A program made the translations under genes and the position numbers. 64,000 nucleotides of DNA, taken from IMG/VR virus record IMGVR_UViG_3300010885_031309. One strand, 5' to 3'. Shown piece after piece: positions 1-8,100 of the stretch. The DNA comes from a virus. Its lineage: Duplodnaviria; Caudoviricetes. The notes under the pieces are model-generated. The model saw only the letters and a list, made by a program, of their open reading frames with translations. It was not told where the DNA came from and did not search any database. Position 1 is the stretch's first letter. Every line of letters starts with the position of its first letter.

Positions 1-2010
1 TTATACAATGTTAATTACATTTCCCATTCCACTATGGAAAGAGCATTGATAATATAAAGTACTAGGAGCATTCATTGGTACTGTAAAAGTTTGCGTTCCT
101 GTTTGTGATCCAGAAACTCCAGATGTGTAGGCAGCACCACCGTTACTAACTCTAATTACAAGAGGATGACTACCTCCGGTTGTATTAATAAATTTATAAG
201 TAAATCCTCTATATAGATATAGTATAGGATTTTCAGTATTGTCTGTTTCTATGCCTGGTCCAGAAAACACATATGAACTGAAGCCGCTTGCAGAAATTGA
301 CCAAGATAAATATCCCGGGTAAGCAGTAGTTTGAGTAGTTCCGTCAGCAAATTCTACGCCAGTAATGCCGTATACATAACTTGTAGCACTGCTGTCAAAT
401 GTAATATCGCCGCCTGCGGGCAATGTTATATTGCCATCCGTGCCAAATTTGTATTGTTTAGTATCTGCTTCAATTACTAAATTAGTAGCTGTTGTAGATA
501 TAGTTGTATTGCTGTTTTCAGCACCATACTCAACTGTAAACACAGTGCCAGAATTTGGTCTAGCTATATTCAAACCAAACCAACTGTTAAAGTTCCAATA
601 TGTTGCATCTTCGCTGACTAAACTACTAGCACCTTGACCGCCCGGTGCTTGTGTGCCTGCTGCCACAGAACCCGCATCACTGCCAGTCCATTTCAATACG
701 AAATTAGGATCCGCAAATGGAATTACCAACTGTGGGTTATCCGCTTTTAAAATTCTAAATGTAAATGGATTAGCAGTAGAGTCTGCCACGGTTCCTGTAA
801 CTGTTTCTGTTGTAGTAGTAACTGGATTGTTTAATATAATATTTCCTGGAGCAGTTAAGTCACCATCTGTGCCAAAACGCCATACCTGTTGATCGCCGCC
901 ATTGTTATCATTGGCACCAATCTCAACACCATATGCCGGAGCTCCGCCGTATGCGGTTGGGCGTTGAAGAACATAGTTGTAGTCGTCACCAAAGTACAAG
1001 TCTGTGCCATTATCACCAGCAGATCGCATGATATGTAAGTGAGTTGGGCCACCAGGTTCTGGTAGAGCGCCAAACTCTAATCCGCCACGAGCAGTGTTCA
1101 TAGTAACAACACCATCAGTGCCTACGCTAACTGAATATGTCGGTCCTTCTGAACTTGTGTTTGTTATTTCGTTTGTTGGTACTCCTTGACTATAACCTTG
1201 ACTTTGTACCCAGCTTTCTGTAGCATAACCTGTTAGAACTGGAATAGCTGGTTTGTTAGACAAATCATTGTAACTACCACTTGTTGCCACTGTGGCAAAA
1301 CTTGGCTTGTCAGTTACTGCGGTCCAACCAACAGTTGTTAAGAATCCACTGTCGTTGGATAATTGACTGGTCTGTGTTGGTATAGTTGGCTTGTTTATTA
1401 AATCATTATAATCGCCACTTACGCCTGCGGTTGACACTGTGGGAATAGTTGGCTTATTTGTTAAGTCAGTATAATTGCCACTGAATAATGCTGGCTTATC
1501 AGTTAAATCTGCATAAGCACCTGAAAATAATGCTGGTCTATCTATTAAGTCGTTATAACTACCACTTGTACCCGCTGTTGATACAGTTGGTATACTTGGC
1601 TTGTCAGTTAAATCATTATAAGAAGTAACTCCGGGCGGGGATTCCCAACTTAAAGTTGTGCCGCTATAGTATAAGTATCCAGGTAAATTTACTGATACTT
1701 CCGGAACATCTAAATCAAAGATACTAGTTGGTATACTTGGCTTGTCAGTTAAATCATTATAAGAAGTAACACCGCCGCCGAGTTCGCCAGTAGAACTTAT
1801 TACACCCTGACCATTGATAACAATAGTTGTTCCATCTACTTTTACTCCACCTAATATTGTAGTACTAGCAGTAGGTAATCTATATTGATTAGAGTCGCTT
1901 AGTGTGTATAATTCACTGAAATTGTTGTTGATCTTTTGAAAAGCAGTGCGTAACGGGTCACCCTGTCTGTCATTAGCCTGTGTTCCAATGTTTATCGTCT
2001 GCTGTGCCAT
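1..2010 (-). CDS. Tail fibre / virion structural protein with SYNDLTDKP-type repeats and C-terminal cupredoxin-like domain
   Basis: 669-aa ORF ending with TAA at 1-3. N-terminus MAQQTINIG...GDPLRTAFQKINNNFSELY is typical of T4-like phage fibres. Has ~8 (S)Y(N/A/T)DL(T/I)(D/N)KP repeats and a C-terminal HP...YYQCSFHSGM motif. Confidence 0.8.
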   Translation of the reverse strand: MAQQTINIGTQANDRQGDPLRTAFQKINNNFSELYTLSDSNQYRLPTASTTILGGVKVDGTTIVINGQGVISSTGELGGGVTSYNDLTDKPSIPTSIFDLDVPEVSVNLPGYLYYSGTTLSWESPPGVTSYNDLTDKPSIPTVSTAGTSGSYNDLIDRPALFSGAYADLTDKPALFSGNYTDLTNKPTIPTVSTAGVSGDYNDLINKPTIPTQTSQLSNDSGFLTTVGWTAVTDKPSFATVATSGSYNDLSNKPAIPVLTGYATESWVQSQGYSQGVPTNEITNTSSEGPTYSVSVGTDGVVTMNTARGGLEFGALPEPGGPTHLHIMRSAGDNGTDLYFGDDYNYVLQRPTAYGGAPAYGVEIGANDNNGGDQQVWRFGTDGDLTAPGNIILNNPVTTTTETVTGTVADSTANPFTFRILKADNPQLVIPFADPNFVLKWTGSDAGSVAAGTQAPGGQGASSLVSEDATYWNFNSWFGLNIARPNSGTVFTVEYGAENSNTTISTTATNLVIEADTKQYKFGTDGNITLPAGGDITFDSSATSYVYGITGVEFADGTTQTTAYPGYLSWSISASGFSSYVFSGPGIETDNTENPILYLYRGFTYKFINTTGGSHPLVIRVSNGGAAYTSGVSGSQTGTQTFTVPMNAPSTLYYQCSFHSGMGNVINIV
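1370..1775 (-). repeat. Intragenic coding repeats (YNDLTDKP family), including a ~44-nt exact duplicate
   Basis: gttggtatacttggcttgtcagttaaatcattataagaagtaac occurs at ~1586 and ~1727; degenerate copies lie between 1370 and 1560. Confidence 0.85.
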
Positions 2011-2028
2011 AAATTATCCAATACATAC

Positions 2029-2036
2029 TATTTATC
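2029..2036 (-). promoter_or_regulatory. gp55-type late promoter (GATAAATA)
   Basis: TATTTATC on the plus strand, 18 nt upstream of the fibre ATG; matches the T4 late consensus TATAAATA. Confidence 0.65.
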
Positions 2037-2044
2037 ACGCACAT

Positions 2045-2081
2045 AAAAAATAGGCTACTATATTTCTATAGCAACCTATTA
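2045..2081 (-). terminator. Probable intrinsic terminator (imperfect hairpin with U-tract on the minus strand)
   Basis: aaaaaataggctactata-tttc-tatagcaacctatt. Confidence 0.45.
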
Positions 2082-2127
2082 GTCTTCCCATCCCGATTGT
2101 GAAGATATTGTATTTAGTCCAAATTGC

Positions 2128-2156
2128 TTGATTTAGACGCTTACGCCCTATATATT
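2128..2156 (+). promoter_or_regulatory. Sigma70-like promoter for the nuclease gene
   Basis: TTGATT-17 nt-TATATT upstream of ATG 2176. Confidence 0.5.
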
Positions 2157-2175
2157 ATAGAAGGGCGATACATCA

Positions 2176-3645
2176 ATGCGAAACAAAATACTAGAATTAA
2201 TACAAGCTAATCCAAAACACTACAGTGTTTTAATTAAAAAAAATGTTGAAATGCACGACTGGGTTAACAAAAATAGCCGTGTAATTTCGGAGCATTTTCC
2301 TACCATGATTTACAGTGCTGTATATGATGTTAGCCCAATATGTGAACACGGACAAATCAAAAAACTATCTCGCTGGTCTTCTGGACTTTCTAATTGCGGG
2401 CCAGCCAAGAATTGTCAGTGTACCAAATCAAGTATTGCAACTAATGTAAGTATTTCCAAAAAAGAATATACAGCAGAAAAACGAGAAGAAATAGAAAAAA
2501 GAAGAACAGCAACTATGCTTGAACTATATGGTGTTCAATATAACAGTCAGCGAACAGAAGTTAAAACAGTATTAAGCAAATCAAAACTAAAGTTAGAACA
2601 AATTAATTTATTGGGTGATAGAGAGTGGGTTGAAAAACAATATGTAGAATTAAAAAGAAGTTCAGTTGACATAGCAAAAGAACTTGGATGCCATGACAGT
2701 TCTGTAAGACGATATGTATCTTTACATAATTTTGATGTAAGAAACTATAGTCAAAGAAGTCAATGGGAATTAAAGATATGTAAATGGTTAGATGAACAGA
2801 ACATATATTATATCCACTGTGATCGTTCAGTGCTTGATGGACAAGAAATAGACATTTATATACCAGATCATAAATTGGCAATAGAAGTAAATGGCTTACT
2901 ATATCATAGTTATAATCCATTTTCTTTTCACATAACTAGAATTCAAAGTGACGACAAGAAAAAAGAACAATCTTCGCGACACTTGAACAAAACAGTACTA
3001 GCAGAAAAAAAGAATGTTCAACTACTACAATTTACCGATAATCAATTAAGTGAGCAATCTGATATAGTGTTCAATATTATTGCCAGTAAATTAAGGCTGC
3101 ATAAAAAAATTGGCGCAAGAAAATGCGAATTGCGAGTAGTTAGCTCAGACGAACAAAAACAATTTTTCAATAGAACGCATGTTCAAGGATATATACCCGG
3201 TAGCATTGCCTACGGTTTATACTACGAAAATAATCTAATACAGTGCGTAAGTGTTGGGAAAAATAGATATAGAAAAAATGAATTGGAAATATTAAGATTT
3301 TCATCTGAGTTAAGCTTAACAGTAGTCGGCGGGTTGAGCAAAATAATGAATCGTATATCAAACGATTTTCCCAACGAAATTATCACATCCTATTGTGACA
3401 GAAATATAAGCGTTGGCTCTGGTTATGTATCTGCTGGATTTGAAATCGTAGGATACACTAAACCAGGTTACTTTTGGACTGACGGGCGAACTCCAATTAG
3501 CAGATATAAAACACAAAAAAATAAACTAAAACAGTGGCTCAATGGATTTAATCCATCAGATAGCGAGACAGTAAATATGTTTCGTGCAGGATATCTTAGA
3601 TACTGGAATACTGGGAATATAATTCTAAAATATAAAAAGAAATAA
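2176..3645 (+). CDS. Free-standing putative homing endonuclease (Hef-like, PD-(D/E)xK/Vsr-type) with GNAT/Mom-like C-terminal domain
   Basis: Cys-rich N-terminus, an HTH (SSVDIAKELGCHDSSVRRY) and nuclease motif EIDIYIPDHKLAIEVNGLLYHS. C-terminal ARKC...HVQG...LRFSS...GGLSK...SYCDRN. Opposite orientation to its neighbours; paralogue of 22379-24127. Confidence 0.75.
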   Translation: MRNKILELIQANPKHYSVLIKKNVEMHDWVNKNSRVISEHFPTMIYSAVYDVSPICEHGQIKKLSRWSSGLSNCGPAKNCQCTKSSIATNVSISKKEYTAEKREEIEKRRTATMLELYGVQYNSQRTEVKTVLSKSKLKLEQINLLGDREWVEKQYVELKRSSVDIAKELGCHDSSVRRYVSLHNFDVRNYSQRSQWELKICKWLDEQNIYYIHCDRSVLDGQEIDIYIPDHKLAIEVNGLLYHSYNPFSFHITRIQSDDKKKEQSSRHLNKTVLAEKKNVQLLQFTDNQLSEQSDIVFNIIASKLRLHKKIGARKCELRVVSSDEQKQFFNRTHVQGYIPGSIAYGLYYENNLIQCVSVGKNRYRKNELEILRFSSELSLTVVGGLSKIMNRISNDFPNEIITSYCDRNISVGSGYVSAGFEIVGYTKPGYFWTDGRTPISRYKTQKNKLKQWLNGFNPSDSETVNMFRAGYLRYWNTGNIILKYKKK

Positions 3646-3668
3646 AAAAGGACACCGAAGTGTCCTTT
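3644..3668. terminator. Bidirectional intrinsic terminator between the nuclease and major capsid genes
   Basis: aaaaaaggacac-cgaa-gtgtccttt. Confidence 0.8.
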
Positions 3669-3689
3669 GTGTGTGACGGTCCAAAAAAT

Positions 3690-4886
3690 TTATTGGAAAG
3701 TTACATTCTGGATGTTTATTTCCCCAACGTAGTCCGCGGCATTGCCGAAACTACTTGCAGTATTTGTCAATTCGACGTAGCCGTAACGAGTCATGAAGCT
3801 GACTACTGGCTCAAATGTTGCTGGATCTAGAACAACACCACTGCTCATCAATGGGATGTATGGGCAGTAGAACGCGGCGGCATCAGTTTCGCTAGAACCC
3901 TTATAGCCAACTAGAACTGGAGTTCCTGTTGGAGCGTAGGAGTCAACGAATACACGCATAGCGTTGTTTAGTGTACCAACTAGCTTGGTGTTTGTTGGAG
4001 CTTCAAATGTTCCTTCTGTTGTACGAGCGAATGCTGAAGTTGTAGCACTCTGTAGAACAGTTAGAGCCTCGGAAGAAACAACAGTCCAGTTACCTGCGCC
4101 ACGGCGTGTACGCTGAGCGATTAGGTTAGCAACACGATTGATTAGAACAGCTAGAGCAGCGTGTTCGTCACCAACGAATGTGGCTGTACCGGAAACAGTA
4201 GCCTGGTTGTATGTGAACTCAGTAGCGGCAAGACTGCGTAGTGATAGGAGGATTTCCTGATCAATTTCAGCAGTGATTTCTTGTGCTAGAGCGGCCATGA
4301 TTTCAGCCTCAACGTCAATGCCGTGCTGGCTTTGAGCGTCTTGAGCGGCTTCAAATGTCCAACGAGCCTGGAGCTTGCGACTCTTGGCTTCTACGGCCTG
4401 ACGTAGAATTTGAACACTGATTTGCTTACCACCATTGCCTTCGAGACTTGCTGTATCAGCAGCAGTGTAGGCATTTGTAGATGATGCACCACTGGCTGTA
4501 CGAGAGTAAGCCTGAGCAATCTTAAATGGTGATAGTGCTTCTTCACCGGCTGTTACACTAGTAGCAGCACCACTGTTGTCTGTTAGACTGTTAGCATAAC
4601 GGACACGTAGTGTGTGAATTTGACCAACTGGACCGGTCATTGGCTGAACGCCTACCAATTCGTTAGCGATAACGGTTGGCATAACACGACGAATAACTGG
4701 TAGAATAACGCGATTTAGGGTAGCGATATTACCAGCTACAGTTGTACCAGCAGAACTTTCTGCTAGTAGCTGCTTGCGAGTGTTTTCAAGAATAACACCC
4801 ATCATTGAACGACGAGTCCCTTGGAGACCTTCTAGGAGGGCTTCCTTTGTTTCGCCCCAACGGCTCTCTAATAGTACTTTTGACAT
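3690..4886 (-). CDS. gp23: Major capsid protein (T4 gp23 family)
   Basis: Motifs LPVIRRVMPTVIANELVGVQPMTGPVGQIHTLR, AKSRKLQARWTFEAAQD, EITAEIDQE and AFYCPYIPL. Confidence 0.97.
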   Translation of the reverse strand: MSKVLLESRWGETKEALLEGLQGTRRSMMGVILENTRKQLLAESSAGTTVAGNIATLNRVILPVIRRVMPTVIANELVGVQPMTGPVGQIHTLRVRYANSLTDNSGAATSVTAGEEALSPFKIAQAYSRTASGASSTNAYTAADTASLEGNGGKQISVQILRQAVEAKSRKLQARWTFEAAQDAQSQHGIDVEAEIMAALAQEITAEIDQEILLSLRSLAATEFTYNQATVSGTATFVGDEHAALAVLINRVANLIAQRTRRGAGNWTVVSSEALTVLQSATTSAFARTTEGTFEAPTNTKLVGTLNNAMRVFVDSYAPTGTPVLVGYKGSSETDAAAFYCPYIPLMSSGVVLDPATFEPVVSFMTRYGYVELTNTASSFGNAADYVGEINIQNVTFQ

Positions 4887-4914
4887 TTATTTTATCTCCT
4901 TTTTAATGTCTAAA

Positions 4915-6018
4915 TTAAAGCCCTGCCAGACGTTTAATCGCGATAACGTTATCACGTTCCTCGGCGTCAACCTCAATTTTCTTGGCAGTTTTATCACCAG
5001 TCACAACGCTTTCGGCAATAACTTGTTTCTTTTCAGATACAGTTAACTTGCTTGTTCCGTTGTTTAATACGGCTGGTAGATACTTATCGAAAGCGACTTT
5101 TAGCTTTGGTGTTTGTACGCTTTCTAGTAAATTACGCATTACTTCAGCCTTTTCTTCGTTTAATGTACCCAACAATTCTGTTAGAGTCTTTTCACGGAGA
5201 TTGGATTCCTTGATAATACGAACTTCACGTTCTTTGCTCTCAACCAATAACTTGGCTGATTTAACTTGCTTGGCAGATTCGGCCAATTGTTGTTCTTTGT
5301 TTGTCAATTGTGCTTGTAATTTTCGTACTTCAACCTTCTCATTGAGATGAGTAGCACTAAACTCAGCAGCAAATGCTTCAAATAGACGACGACCAAATGC
5401 ACTCTCACGAGCTACCTTGATGTCTTCCTTCAACTGTCCGATTTCACCCTTTAACTGTTTGGTGACACTTGCGTTTAACTTTTTAGCACTTTCAGCTATG
5501 AATTTCTGCTTTAGTGCTTCAAGTTGTGTCTTGGCTTCGGCAACTAATTTTACCTTTGCTTCAACAACAGCGCGTTTGTCCTGATCAAACTCTTTGATTT
5601 CACGAGCTAGAGCATTTACTACGAATTGTTCTAGCTTTCCACGGCCTTCCATTTGTACCTTGCGATCAGCACGCAATTCACGAATTTCTTCCGCGAGTTT
5701 TGTAACCATGAATTCATTGAATTTTTTAGCAGCTTCCTGAAGACGATTTTGTGCGCGAACACGATCTTCATTCATTGCCTTGCGTTCTTCACGGAACTCG
5801 GCAATTTCTGCTTCTAGACCTGATGTTACCATCTTGTCAAGGGCCTCTACCATAACATTCTTATCGTGCTCGTACTTGTTGGCGAATTCTTCACGCAACT
5901 CAGCACGAACATGTTCGCGAGCTTCGTTCAACTTAACTTCCCAAGCTTCATTGATGGCCTGAGCAGTTTCAGTGTTGACGATTCCGCTTTCTAACAATGG
6001 TTTGATGGCATCTAGCAT
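4915..6018 (-). CDS. gp22: Prohead core scaffolding protein (gp22-like)
   Basis: 367-aa Glu/Lys/Ala-rich coiled coil directly upstream of gp23, which has an AGGAG RBS. Confidence 0.85.
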   Translation of the reverse strand: MLDAIKPLLESGIVNTETAQAINEAWEVKLNEAREHVRAELREEFANKYEHDKNVMVEALDKMVTSGLEAEIAEFREERKAMNEDRVRAQNRLQEAAKKFNEFMVTKLAEEIRELRADRKVQMEGRGKLEQFVVNALAREIKEFDQDKRAVVEAKVKLVAEAKTQLEALKQKFIAESAKKLNASVTKQLKGEIGQLKEDIKVARESAFGRRLFEAFAAEFSATHLNEKVEVRKLQAQLTNKEQQLAESAKQVKSAKLLVESKEREVRIIKESNLREKTLTELLGTLNEEKAEVMRNLLESVQTPKLKVAFDKYLPAVLNNGTSKLTVSEKKQVIAESVVTGDKTAKKIEVDAEERDNVIAIKRLAGL

Positions 6019-6019
6019 T

Positions 6020-6202
6020 TTATGCTTTCCCTTCTTGTACTTGCACGTTTAACTCCGTGGCTACGAGTTTTCTTTTAGTAATAATCCTGCCTGAAACGAA
6101 TCCATCTGGTTCAGTTCCTGGTATAAATTTTTTACTAATTGATCCGTTATACCATTTCATGGTGGGTAAATGTGTCCACTTGTAAACATAAGCCGTTGTC
6201 AT
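6020..6202 (-). pseudogene. Truncated GIY-YIG homing endonuclease remnant
   Basis: 60 aa starting MTTAYVYKWTHLPTMKWYNGS (degenerate GIY-YIG N-terminus); the rest of the domain is missing. ATG overlaps the gp21 stop (ATGA) and its TAA sits 1 nt before the gp22 ATG. Confidence 0.65.
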
Positions 6203-6846
6203 TTCAGTTTTAAATCCTTGATGAGTTTAAGAACTGATTCCTGAAGATATTTTTGAACTGCGATATCTTTAGATAAGTTAGTACCTTTAAGATTATCAAG
6301 TACGCGATGACCATGCTTCATTCCAATTAGCCCTTCGTATATGGCTTTTGGATATGCGTTTGGTGCGCTAGGTTGAGCTACGATGTCCACTGTAACGATC
6401 TCAAAATCACTGACTTTGCCCGTAGTATCATCTACATTACCGCTTCCTCTACTACTAACGCCTAGTTTAACTCCACTTTCCAACATGGTACTGACTAACT
6501 GTCCCATTGGAGTTGGAAGTATCTTCAATTTACCGAAACCATTTGGTCCGTCCATCCCGATATCGACAATGGTGTGACTTACGCGATCGAGGTTGATCTT
6601 TAAATCGTCAGGATGATCAACTTCACCGAGTATTCCCCCGTGTTCTTGAATCATCTGACTCATTGTTTTTACTGCGTTTCTAATTTCATTCACTGGATAC
6701 ACACGCTCATTAGCATTTCGAACGTCTCCTTGGATGAATATCCCACGCATATATAGATTCTTTTTACCGTGACCGTCATCAGTAGATTCAACTATAGTTT
6801 TTGCCATAGTTGGTGCTAAGTATTCCTGCAGTACGCGCTTGTTCAT
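6199..6846 (-). CDS. gp21: Prohead core protease (T4 gp21 family)
   Basis: GIFIQGDVRNANERVYP, GEVDHP (catalytic His), GVSSRGSG (catalytic Ser) and VDIVAQPSAPNA. Confidence 0.95.
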   Translation of the reverse strand: MNKRVLQEYLAPTMAKTIVESTDDGHGKKNLYMRGIFIQGDVRNANERVYPVNEIRNAVKTMSQMIQEHGGILGEVDHPDDLKINLDRVSHTIVDIGMDGPNGFGKLKILPTPMGQLVSTMLESGVKLGVSSRGSGNVDDTTGKVSDFEIVTVDIVAQPSAPNAYPKAIYEGLIGMKHGHRVLDNLKGTNLSKDIAVQKYLQESVLKLIKDLKLK

Positions 6847-6885
6847 AGTTTTGACTTTGAGTAAGAAGCCATTTTATCTAAATTC

Positions 6886-7749
6886 TTACTTAACTATTTT
6901 CTTTACTGGCTTTTTAGACTCAGCAACTGGACTCTTGGCTTTGTGGTCTTCGTGCTTTGCTTTTGGAGCAGCATCGCCCTTACCAGCACCAAGTTTACCA
7001 GCGCCGTCTACTGTGTTCTTAAATTGACCAGCGTGCTTTACTTGACCCATGCCCTTTGTGTAAGGATTGCTTGGTGTCTTTGGACCAGTTGGAACAGATT
7101 CTGCTCCACTTGATAGTGCTGGCTTAGCTACGCCGCCAGTTGGACCTTTTTTGCCACTGTCAGCAGCAACTGGGCTCTTGGCTTTGTGATCCTCATGCTT
7201 AGCTTTTGGTGCTGGAATTAAGCTTTCCATTACTTCTTCACCTTCTGGCTCTTCAGATGGCTCTTCATTCTTACCACCGTGCATCATGGCTTCAAATTCG
7301 GCCATCAATTCGTCTAGCTTGTCTTCTAGATTCATAATGTCGTCTTTTGTAGCAGCTTCGCCTTCTTCGGCGTCCATGTCGGCGTCCATTTCATCGCCTT
7401 CTTCGTCGCCCATATCAGCGTCCATTTCGTCGCTTTCTTCGTCGCTCATGTCGGCGTCCATATCAGCGTCCATGTCATCCATGTCAGCGTCCATGTCAGC
7501 GTCCATGTCGGCATCCATATCAGCGTCCATGTCAGCGTCCATGTCATCGTCGGCTTCCATCATATCGCCACCACCGATGCTCTCGTCTGTGAGTTCATCG
7601 TGAAGTGTTCCAATATCATCTTCTTCCATTAAACTTTCATAAATTGCACGACTTTGTTCAACTACAATCTCGTGAAATAATTGTTCTGCTCGTTCTTGAT
7701 CTTCGTTAAGAATTAGATCAATTAACTTTTCATATTTTGCTGTAGACAT
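6886..7749 (-). CDS. Acidic prohead core / internal head protein with DMDA repeats
   Basis: 287 aa, very acidic N-half and basic Pro/Gly-rich C-half; lies between portal and protease like T4 gp67/68; AAGGAG RBS. Confidence 0.65.
   Translation of the reverse strand: MSTAKYEKLIDLILNEDQERAEQLFHEIVVEQSRAIYESLMEEDDIGTLHDELTDESIGGGDMMEADDDMDADMDADMDADMDADMDADMDDMDADMDADMSDEESDEMDADMGDEEGDEMDADMDAEEGEAATKDDIMNLEDKLDELMAEFEAMMHGGKNEEPSEEPEGEEVMESLIPAPKAKHEDHKAKSPVAADSGKKGPTGGVAKPALSSGAESVPTGPKTPSNPYTKGMGQVKHAGQFKNTVDGAGKLGAGKGDAAPKAKHEDHKAKSPVAESKKPVKKIVK
7370..7562 (-). repeat. 12-nt coding tandem repeat (DMDA)n
   Basis: Repeated gtccatgtcagc/gtccatatcagc units encoding DMDADMDADMDA... Confidence 0.9.
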
Positions 7750-7798
7750 TTTTTCTCCTTTAGGTAAATGGCTTTGCTTAGAGTATTTAACACATACG

Positions 7799-7830
7799 AA
7801 AAAAAACAGCGTAAAATGTGCTGTTTTTTT
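7799..7830. terminator. Bidirectional intrinsic terminator
   Basis: aaaaaaaacagc-gtaaaatgt-gctgttttttt. Confidence 0.7.
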
Positions 7831-7864
7831 GCATTTTCAAACTTAATAACTGCTAATCTAAAGT

Positions 7865-8086
7865 TTAGAGGCCGGGACCAGCTACCGGGGGACTATATTG
7901 CTGTCTAATCTTTTTTAAATTTTTTGCTCTCTCGTATGCTTGAACCTCGTTCATGCGACGAATTTTATTTATTGCGGCTAATGTTAATCTGGTTTTACGA
8001 GTTTCCAACCAACGAGGCTGACTATTGTCATTCTCAATATCTTGAAAATTCGTCGGCACTGAGTTATAAAATTCCATTAACAGCAT
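7865..8086 (-). CDS. Small hypothetical head-module protein (RKTRLTL motif)
   Basis: 73-aa ORF between portal and core gene; late promoter GATAAATA 5 nt upstream of the ATG. Confidence 0.7.
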   Translation of the reverse strand: MLLMEFYNSVPTNFQDIENDNSQPRWLETRKTRLTLAAINKIRRMNEVQAYERAKNLKKIRQQYSPPVAGPGL

Positions 8087-8100
8087 ATTACTATTTATCT

